The notes beneath the pieces are model-generated. The model was not told where the DNA came from and ran no database searches. It worked only from the letters and a program-made list of their open reading frames with translations. From contig JADEYG010000004.1 of assembly GCA_016906335.1 (NCBI GenBank), positions 1,302,001-1,366,000 of the forward strand: 64,000 nt of DNA, read 5' to 3'. This document shows, piece by piece, positions 55,594-64,000 of this stretch (its first letter is position 1; every line of letters starts with the position of its first letter). The translations under genes were made by a program, and so were the position numbers. Origin of the DNA: Novakomyces olei (taxonomy: Eukaryota).

Positions 55594-57991
55594 ATGGATG
55601 GTGAGCAGCAGAGCAATGAAAGATTAGCTCGTTCTCGGAAAGACAGGCCGTGCGATTCATGTATGGACGATTATCCGCTCTAATCAATAACCAAATAGGC
55701 CGTGGAATGAAAGTTGGATGCGTTATTATCGAACGGGAAAAGCCGTGCCTCCTTTGTAAAAGCAAAGGCGTACAATGTACATTTAATGGTCCACCGACAG
55801 CGAGAAAGCGCAAACTTCCTGGCTATGATGAGACAGGAAGGCGAACAAAACATTATACTGGCCTTGGTTTCATGGGGGAGATTATAAGCGGCATTCAAGA
55901 TACTCGGAGAGTCCGTAATACGCGAGTAATTGGCTTCCGGCTTTTCCTGAAATTAATATTCGTATAGACTATCGAGCAAAATGCTCAAGACACGTGCTAT
56001 CCGTCACTGGACATGGAAACAACACATTATGAAGAGTCACATTTCTTAGGGTTTGGCGTGCTAAGTGACTTGGCTCTCCTTGGAAACGACGATGGGCAAA
56101 AAGTCAATCTTGAGCATTTTAGACAAGTCTCTAAGAATCCGGAATGTCCAGTATATTTTATTCGGAATCCTTCGCTTTTGTACCCGAAGAGTCTTGCAGA
56201 CAGCGGTCATGCTGCCTTGTCGAGAATTATTGAGCAACTTAAACTGCTAGACGAATCGTGGCCGCCGAGGCTCTTGGAAAGGTATTTGTCGCTCGGCTTT
56301 TCAAACTCAATTAAATTTATTTTTATTCTTGGCTCTTTTCTTTACCTAAATTTTGTATTCGAGAACTCTGTTTCTTTCAATGTTAGGCTTCTAAATTTTT
56401 GATTTTTTTTTTCTTTTTCTTTTCTTTTTTATATTTATGTATTTTTTTTTTTTAATTTTATTACATAGATTTTCGAAGACGACGTTACCGGCCTTTCCCA
56501 TCATGAATATTACACAATTTGAATCTACATCTCGGCAGCTTGGTACTACGGAGACGTACCCATCCTCGCTAGTAGCAGGCGCGCTCACACATTCAATCGT
56601 ATATTTTCTGGAATTAAGACAATTTCACCGCCAATTCTGGCAGGAAGTATTATCTGTTCTGGATTGCGAATACAGGCAACCGCGATTGCAGACTCTCCAG
56701 TTAGCACTCATTGATCTCATTGGAAGGCCGAACGAAAATCATGGAGGCAATGCTATTGCGCTTGCAAGGGTATGCTATATTATTTAAATAGTCAAGCAAT
56801 CTTACATCGTCAGGCGTCTGGGGCGGCTGTTTTATTAGGCCTACATATTGACAGTTCTGATTGGATGCTTCCAAGATGGGAATGCTGTGTCAGGAAACGA
56901 TTGTGGTGGGGCCTAGTTATTCTTGACAAATGGAACTCGTTTATTACGGGGAGACCAAGCACGTAAGACCACCATTAAATTTTGAATTGCTGTCTCGTAA
57001 AACCATCAACAACGAGTTTACTTAAATATAGTATACGATTAGAGCAGTGCACTGTTAAAGTCCCTCTTCCCGAAGACGATGAATTAGCTGACGAACATGG
57101 TAAACCGAAATCGTCCATGCACGTATTTGTCGAACTTTGTAATATGACTCTGGTCTTGGATTCGATTCTTGATACTTTTTATTCTTTCAAATCGTCTAGT
57201 ATATCGAAAATGATGAAACTCTCTGTTCTTGAAGTTGCTGCTACCAAAATCGATAATATTGAATTTAAGATAGCTCCATATATCGAGCTTGCTGATTCTG
57301 TTATTGATCACGGTGTTCCAGGTGCGCCCTCGGCATACCTTTGTCTGTTGGGACTGAATCTGATCGTCATTAGACTGAGCTTTGATTTGTTTGATTCCCC
57401 TGAAGGCAGCTTTGCTGCTGCTAGTTCGGTAAGGCAGGTTCTTAAGCGACTCACCATTTTTGTCGAGACGCTTCCAGCTGCCCTGTACAATGAATTTTGG
57501 CTGCCCTGTAAGTAACGTCGTCTTTAAGATTTTTCTTCTTTACTTATAAAGCTAGCTATATGGCTTTTATATTCTTTTTTATTCTATTTTTTTATTTTTT
57601 TTTTTCATTTGGTAAATACTATTGGTCACCGTTAACGCTCTTAGCTTCCTCCTTTCTTCTATCGAACTGCGTTTCTGTTGTATTAAGAGCGTGCATCATT
57701 ATCAAAGGTTCCGAAGAAAAATCGGCAGACAGCTCGAAGCTTTATAATGATATTCTTGAAATGCTGGAAAGGTTTTTGCACAAGTTGAACGAATCGAGTT
57801 TGGTTTACCATTGGGAGGTAGCTCAGTCTGCGCTCACTAGATCACGAATTATCCTGCAAAGCGTGAATTTGTCGGCAATACCTGAGGTCGGTCGACTTCT
57901 TTCACATATAGAAATATTGGACAATGATCAAACAGCAAATCAGGACTTATTCAATCTTGAGGACCTATTGCTCGGAAATATCTGGCGTTAG
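55594..57991 (+). CDS. Zn(II)2Cys6 transcription factor with fungal middle-homology region (Dal81-like)
   Basis: Spliced RSRKDRPCDSCRGMKVGC..EKPCLLCKSKGVQC; LQTLQLAL; LGLHIDSSDWMLPRWE..RKRLWWGLVILDKW..GRPS. Confidence 0.92.
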
Positions 57992-58234
57992 CCTAAGCAG
58001 GCTACCCAATCAGTATTATTTGCGATTGATGGAATTTGTAATTTTTTTAAATTAATCCATTTTCTATCTTTTGTTAATTTTAGCTAAAAAGGCTTTCAGA
58101 TGAAGGGTATTTATGTCACGGTGACCTTCTACCTATTATTGGATTGCTATTGTCAGATTATGTCAAAAGTGCTAAGAATTGTGTGACTTAATTTCCATTT
58201 TAATCAATTTTTCGCTGCCGAATCATGAATATTT

Positions 58235-59578
58235 TTAGTCAGTTGCACTGTGTGGCTTGGTTTTTGCCTGCGATTTGAGGACATGGGCAAAGGACTCATC
58301 CAAAATCCGAAGGCCCTGTTCAATTTCATCCGCTGAAACTGTGACCGGTGGTGCTAAACGGAAGACTCCTCCCATGCCTGGTAAATTGACGATATTGCAT
58401 GATAATCCGAGCTGCATGGCTTTATCTGATACAAGCTGGCCAAGTTCAGATCCCGGTGCTTTAGTGTTAGCATTTGAAATGATTTCGATTCCTTGTAATA
58501 ATCCACGCCCGCGAATGTCACCAATACACCAATATTTATCTTTTAATTCCAAAAGGCCTTTCCGCAGTTGCTGTCCACGTTGCTCAGCTAGTTTACATAT
58601 GTCATCTCGTTGTACAATTTTCAATACTTCCACGCCTACAGCAGCCGTCAAGGGATCGTTTAAATGAGTCGTTAGCCAAAGGAACCCTGCTTCTCGGCAT
58701 CCACGCTCAATTTCCGCCGTAGTCGATACCGAAGCCAATGGCAGACCACAGCCCAGAGTTTTCGAAAGAGCAAGAATATCGGGGACTACTCCATGATGCT
58801 CAAAGGCAAACATTTTTCCCGTACGACCAACACCAGTTTGCGCCTCGTCCATAATCATAAGCATCCCACGTTTCTTACACTCCGCACTCATGCGCTGCAA
58901 GTAACCTTCCGGCAGATCAAGAATCCCACCGGTAGATAAGATTGGTTCCATGATGAAAGCGGCTAGTGATCCAACACTTTGGCGGTCGATCATTGACCAT
59001 GCGAATTCAATTTCCGTCTCCCAGTCATAGGATCCATCAGGCCGGCGAAAGCAAGAACGATATTCATAAGGAGCTGGAAACGCCAGCTGCCCCGGCACGA
59101 CAGGACCGGCATTTCTACGCCCGGCTGAGTAAGTAGCGGAACCGGCACCCTGAGTAAGACCATGGTAGCTGGCAGCAAAAGCGACAATTTCAAACTTGCC
59201 AGTATACAGCTTCGCCATTTTTATAGCGGCCTCTGTCGTTTCAGAGCCAGTGTTTAGAAAAAACGATTTTTCCAAAGGAGCAGGTAAGATATAAGCCAGA
59301 CTCTCTGCCAAACTAACTACTGGTTCAGTAATCATATTGCTCAGTAAATGATCGAGCTCTGCAATGTTCTTTTGCACCACTGCCACTACTTCAGGATGAG
59401 AATGACCCAAGAGACAACTCATCTGGCCCGAAGTGAAGTCCAGGATTTTGTTATTGCTTGAGTCATAAAGCCATGTTCCTTTTGCTTTTGTAATAACGAC
59501 TGGCGCAGGCGGTACGCCCGTGCTCATGAGGTACTTGTTTGCCCGAGAAAAAAATGCACTAGTATCCTCTACCGTCAT
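58235..59578 (-). CDS. 2,2-dialkylglycine decarboxylase-like PLP enzyme (class III aminotransferase)
   Basis: ILDFTSGQMS.LLGHSHPE; EPILSTGGILDLP; DEAQTGVGRTG; DILALSKTLG.GLPL; TTHLNDPL; PGMGGVFRLAPP. Confidence 0.88.
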   Translation of the reverse strand: MTVEDTSAFFSRANKYLMSTGVPPAPVVITKAKGTWLYDSSNNKILDFTSGQMSCLLGHSHPEVVAVVQKNIAELDHLLSNMITEPVVSLAESLAYILPAPLEKSFFLNTGSETTEAAIKMAKLYTGKFEIVAFAASYHGLTQGAGSATYSAGRRNAGPVVPGQLAFPAPYEYRSCFRRPDGSYDWETEIEFAWSMIDRQSVGSLAAFIMEPILSTGGILDLPEGYLQRMSAECKKRGMLMIMDEAQTGVGRTGKMFAFEHHGVVPDILALSKTLGCGLPLASVSTTAEIERGCREAGFLWLTTHLNDPLTAAVGVEVLKIVQRDDICKLAEQRGQQLRKGLLELKDKYWCIGDIRGRGLLQGIEIISNANTKAPGSELGQLVSDKAMQLGLSCNIVNLPGMGGVFRLAPPVTVSADEIEQGLRILDESFAHVLKSQAKTKPHSATD

Positions 59579-59697
59579 CTTGGCAAATTAATGGTTTTAA
59601 GAGTCGAGATTGCTCAAGTCGTGAGAGGGTTATGGCAGTAATAGGCTCAGAACAATGATGGGAAAGAGCTGTTTCTAAGAACACAGCTTTTCTTTCG

Positions 59698-59864
59698 CGG
59701 CCAAGCAGCCACTTATCCCGGTTCTCGGCCAAGATTCGGCCAAAATGTATTCTACACAGAATATAGATCATCCCACGTAAAATTACTCCTTTAATATTCG
59801 CCTCTCGCAAGCCAAATCAAATGTCTTTCCGGCCAACAACTGGCCGATTGCCTTCTCTCTTATC
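59698..59864. promoter_or_regulatory. Cluster of CGGCCAA motifs and GATA (CTTATC) sites upstream of the decarboxylase
   Basis: CGGCCAA at 59698, 59726, 59737, 59830; TGGCCG at 59841; CTTATC at ~59712 and ~59859. Confidence 0.5.
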
Positions 59865-60084
59865 TAAAAACAACAAGTAATGCTCTGGTTTCGCGGTCGA
59901 CTTAATATTTAATCTATTTACTTAATACTAGTATATTTAAGATTCAATTATTTTAGGTTTAATTATTATAGGCGAACTAATTTATATTATATTATCAGAT
60001 AACTATAATATGTGTAGCACATCTTGTATAATAAATATATTATATAAATACAACAACCCTACCCTTGCCGCCATTCTCTGCCCT

Positions 60085-60417
60085 GACATTATGCTGTAAT
60101 CCTGTTTCAATCTGACGCTCTTTTTATAGCCTCCACTGTGAATTACCTTAACATACCCGCGCTTTTTCCCATACATTAACGGCGCATTATGCAGTAAAAT
60201 CCGTCTCTGAAAACCCTCCCTACAAAGTTCTACTGCACTTCTTATTTACATTACGCCGTAATTCGCGCGTATGTTAAGGTAATTAGCATGACCCCCCCCT
60301 CATACATTAATTTATTTTTTGGACCGCATTACGCCGCAAAATCAAACCGAAAACCCTGTCCAATTTTCAATGCTATAATAATCACATAACAAATTATTGA
60401 TTTTGCGGCGTAATGCG
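60085..60417. repeat. Segment with inverted and dispersed repeats
   Basis: 16-bp IR 60141-60156/60269-60284; 21-bp IR 60325-60345/60397-60417; four CATTAYGCNGYAA-like copies. Confidence 0.8.
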
Positions 60418-60755
60418 CGCTGGAATATGTATAGACGAACTATATCCCGACACACCCTCCCAGGCTCTGTGATGTTGTTGCTGAGCCTGAGCTCTCCGGC
60501 AATCTAGGCAGTAATTAACATTCTTTAGACATACCTATAAGTTCTTTAAATTTTTCAAAGAGTATGCGTCGCAGAGGTTTTGTCAAGCCATCTGCTGCCA
60601 AGTTCGCAGTTTGAATATATTTTATTTCAATTAAATTCGAGTCCACCAGGTCGCGAACAAAGTGCCATTTGACGGCTAGGTGCTTTGTGCGCCTGTGGAA
60701 TTCCGGGTTTTTTGCCAGTGCAATCGCTCCCTGGTTGTCCTCAAAGACGTTCAGG
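60272..60755 (-). mobile_element. Ty1/copia 3' remnant: RNase H end, PPT and start of 3' LTR (left boundary uncertain)
   Basis: 60515-60755 reads FEDNQGAIALAKNPEFHRRTKHLAVKWHFVRD..IKYIQTANLAADGLTKPL; GGGAGGGTG then TGTCGG at ~60452. Confidence 0.9.
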
Positions 60756-62738
60756 TGTTACGGAGCGCTATATGAGGCGCTAGCTAGCGCTGAAGATAGC
60801 GCTTTACATCCTTTAATTTGTTTTGTTTCACTTTATTTTGAGTTACGACTTCTATTTTTAATTAGTTCTATTTATAACTCTTAGCTTCTATTTTTAGATA
60901 GCAACTTGGTTAGTTTAATTAGTTTAGTTTGATTAGTTTCTCGGGAAAAGCCCCACGGAGCGTCATAAGAATGGGACACTCCCCTCTTATGTTCGCTACG
61001 TGTAATCAAATCTTGGTGTGCAATATTTTGGTTTTCTATTACTAGGTTCCCTACTTTCCACGTATCCTCAACAGAGCCAGCGTGAGATCTGGCATATTCA
61101 CCTTATTGCACCTTTACGACTTTTTGGAAGTAAAGCCCCCATAACAGTATTACACGTCCACGATTCTGATTCGAGGATACAACGATGTCGGCAGCGGATT
61201 TTGAGCAGTTGAATAGTGTCATGATCCCCGCCTCGCGTGAACCACGACAGCGAACGACGCCTGAAGTCCTGTAGCGCCAAAGGCGATGACTTCAGGCTAG
61301 ATAGATCTAAATAGCTCGCGCGAGGTAATGTTGGACATTACTCGCGCGAAGCGCGTAAGTGGCCTAGCTCGCGAGCAGGTTGGACCTGGCTCGCGCGAAG
61401 CAGGTCCACGTCCATGCCCGCGCGACGTAGGCACGTCGCGGCGCATGACAGTAGTAGTAGCGATCGCGCATCGCTACGAAGCTAGATAGATCGATCCATA
61501 GAGTTCATAGCTCGCCACCGCTTTCCCAATGCGGATGGTCTGGGACCATCGCATTGAGATCGTGGTGGGATGAGGCTTAGGCCGCGAAGTGGCTAAGCGA
61601 GCCGCTAAGCCTCATAGGATAGTCTACATAGTCGCCCATGGAGAGAACTCTCTCCACGGGCTTATAATCTCAAAGTTGCTACATAGCCTTGTAGCAGGTA
61701 AGCTTTAGAGAAGCGCCGTCGCCTTTCAAGGACAACGTCCTTTTCCTTTTCCTTAGTTCTTGCGCCGGGCGCAAGTCTACGTTCCCGTTTCTCGGTACTC
61801 GCTTCGCGCGGTACCCGATTGAACTTCCTTTGTCGAGCGGTCTCGCAAAGGACAGTCCGTGTTCGCCTGTAGCGACACGCGAGTTTACACCGCGGTGCTC
61901 CCCTCTAAGGGCCACCTCACAAATAGGTTTCTTGAGCAAACCACAGCGCATTTGGAACGGCTGGAGAAAGAGAACCGCACTCTCGCTGACCAACTCGGTA
62001 TCGCTAAGGGAACCGTGCAGGAACGAGGGTCGAAGGAGCCTAAAATGGCACCACCACCATTCTTTTCCGGCGAACGCTCGAAAACTGGTGAATTTTTGAC
62101 CTGCGTGAGGATGATTATTGGCAGTCAACCAGATCGCTATCGCTCGGCGCGACAGCAAGTGATGTTTGCGGCGTCTTACCTTCGCGGAGCGGCTTTCAGA
62201 TGATTTGAGCCTCATGTGAGAAACGAAAATGAAGTTATTCTCGACGATTTTGATTGTTTTTGTGACACGCTCGAGAGGATGTTCGGAGACCGGGACGTCA
62301 AACGAACAGCAGAGCGAAGTATCCGTCTCTTGAGACAGAGAGGATCTGTATCTCAGTATGCGACTGAGTTTGAAAGATTGAAATCTTGGCTAACCTGGAA
62401 CAATGATGCATTAGTTGCTCAGTTCTACGATGGGTTGAAAGAGAATATCAAAGATGAGTTGTCAAGGAGAGAAATGCCTGAACTTTTGGGCACCTTGATT
62501 GATGAATGTGTGAAGATCGATGGCCGTTTGTTCGAGAGAAACAAGGCTAGACAGCGATTTAGTTACAGTGAAAGGGAGTATGCAAGACCTCTGCATTATG
62601 GAAGTACACCGATGGAGATTGACAATCTGATGACAAGACGGATTGATGACGAAGAGACAAGCGTTAATTATGACGCTACCAAACGCCGATACTCGCGCCC
62701 GCAACAAACTGATACAAGGAACTATGGCGCTAAGTATG
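60756..62738 (+). mobile_element. Ty3/gypsy element A: 5' LTR (60756-61146) and disrupted gag, inserted into the copia RNase H
   Basis: TGTTA...TAACA termini; gag from ATG 61185 rejoins across a solo LTR: MSAADFEQLNRFLEQ..PPPFFSGERSK..AASYLRGAAFR*F..LRQRGSVSQYATEF..QFYDGLKENIKDEL..PMEID. Confidence 0.92.
61217..61921. mobile_element. Solo LTR, family B (705 bp) with 5-bp TSD
   Basis: TG...CA termini flanked by AATAG (61212-61216 and 61922-61926); removing it restores the gag frame. Confidence 0.92.
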
Positions 62739-63161
62739 TGTCATGATCCCCGCCTCGCGTGAACCACGACAGCGAACGACGCCTGAAGTCCTGTAGCGCC
62801 AAAGGCGATGACTTCAGGCTAGATAGATCTAAATAGCTCGCGCGAGGTAATGTTGGACATTACTCGCGCGAAGCGCGTAAGTGGCCTAGCTCGCGAGCAG
62901 GTTGGACCTGGCTCGCGCGAAGCAGGTCCACGTCCATGCCCGCGCGACGTAGGCACGTCGCGGCGCATGACAGTAGTAGTAGCGATCGCGCATCGCTACG
63001 AAGCTAGATAGATCGATCCATAGAGTTCATAGCTCGCCACCGCTTTCCCAATGCGGATGGTCTGGGACCATCGCATTGAGATCGTGGTGGGATGAGGCTT
63101 AGGCCGCGAAGTGGCTAAGCGAGCCGCTAAGCCTCATAGGATAGTCTACATAGTCGCCCAT
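62739..63161. mobile_element. Second family-B LTR copy, interrupted at 63161/63162
   Basis: Apparently identical to 61217-61639 over 423 bp, then breaks at TGTTG. Confidence 0.92.
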
Positions 63162-64000
63162 TGTTGTGTTTTTCTTTGTTTGGTTTGGGTACGGCTGTGT
63201 TGCTTTCACGGCAACTGTGGTGGGAAGCCAAATGGAAGGTAATAGTACTTAAAACGGTTTACACGGTCAACACGGTCGATAATCAGCGTCGGATAAAAGT
63301 GTGAACGGGCCTCCTTTTATCCTTGCTGGAACTAACTAACTATAACTAAAAATAGAAACAACTACGGAAAAGACTGTCTAAGCCACAAAGTGGCTAACTA
63401 AAATTCCGGAATTGGAAATAATCCGCAATCGAACGGATTATCTCCGATGAAAACGGAATTATGTCATATTGATATGACACTATCCTCCTCTTCCAAAAAC
63501 GTAGACACTGCCGCCTGTGCCTTTTTGTACCAGCCTTGTCTCCTGCTGTCTTCTCCTGCCCAATCACGATATGCCATCAAGCAACGTTCGTGATCTTCCT
63601 TTACCTCGTCTCGAATAGTTGGGAACTGTGTACTAGCCCACGACGATTCCCACTTTGCCACTCGGTATAAAGCCTGGTCTTCGCTAGCAATATAGTAACC
63701 CATCAAGACTGCTTTCTCAAAAGACATCACCGCATGTGGTGTCCCAGACCTTAATCGAAAAATAACTCCCGGCTCTAGTACTCCAATCTTTAACCCTTCG
63801 AGGCTGCGAAGAGCTTCAGGTAATATAAAGTCTCCTGGCCTGCGATGATAGGGCTCCAACTTCTGTAAATTGGCCTCTGAATTGGCCCACGTAAAGACCA
63901 GCTTTCTCCCAAGAATTCCCACAATGACGGTTTCGCACAGAACCGGATCCACGTGAACGTCCGTGATTGTGCCCGACGGTGTGGCAGTCCCGTTCCATCC
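63162..64000 (-). mobile_element. LTR element C: candidate 3' LTR 63162-63479, PPT 63480-63494, internal region continues beyond window
   Basis: Minus strand GGAAGAGGAGGATAG|TGTCAT...CACAACA; TTCTATTTTTAG/TTAG-rich tract and TATA-like hairpin similar in layout to LTR A. Confidence 0.7.
63464..64000 (-). CDS. JmjC-domain protein (KDM2/Jhd1/Epe1-like), 5'-truncated by window edge
   Basis: Frame open to window end: TPSGTITDVHVD-x12-GRK...LEPGVIFRLRSGTPHAVMS (HxD...H plus T/K 2-OG ligands). Confidence 0.85.
   Translation of the reverse strand, partial: GWNGTATPSGTITDVHVDPVLCETVIVGILGRKLVFTWANSEANLQKLEPYHRRPGDFILPEALRSLEGLKIGVLEPGVIFRLRSGTPHAVMSFEKAVLMGYYIASEDQALYRVAKWESSWASTQFPTIRDEVKEDHERCLMAYRDWAGEDSRRQGWYKKAQAAVSTFLEEEDSVISI

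Noticed and set aside
61217-61921. Hammerhead ribozyme/retrozyme
   Set aside because: No CTGAnGA...GAAA core found by eye on either strand
61217-63161. Single non-autonomous LTR-gag-LTR element (TRIM-like)
   Set aside because: The left repeat has its own AATAG TSD and the gag begins upstream of it at 61185, so these are two insertions into another element's gag

Overview
Intron-containing fungal (ascomycete) chromosomal DNA. SCAP, CFIm25, very short introns and S. pombe-like regulatory motifs suggest an early-diverging yeast-like lineage (inference). The window has three zones. (1) 1-48.8 kb is a dense housekeeping block: DNAJC11, CFIm25, Mix23, cyclin H, Pof3, Gir2, a hidden 80-aa gene, heme oxygenase, Sec18, Prp22, Lys1, cyclin B, Mon2, Mms2, poly(A) polymerase, Rad51, Dna2, a decayed Sec24-family gene, a secreted wall-like protein, an ankyrin protein and SCAP. 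(2) 49-60 kb is an accessory region with an FMO, an HNH nuclease, a Zn2Cys6 factor and a dialkylglycine decarboxylase-like enzyme. (3) 60-64 kb is a four-level nest of LTR retrotransposons. The best candidate for a new system is the youngest, innermost element. It carries a KDM2/Jhd1/Epe1-type JmjC domain with all Fe/2-OG ligands present, and the ORF runs through the polypurine tract into the 3' LTR, so it may be a retrotransposon-encoded anti-silencing demethylase. Other notable items are a self-priming PBS, an LTR made of a chain of hairpins, telomere-like promoter elements with a 10-bp period, and a forkhead+RFX module upstream of cyclin B. All homology calls are recognition by eye; no searches were run.
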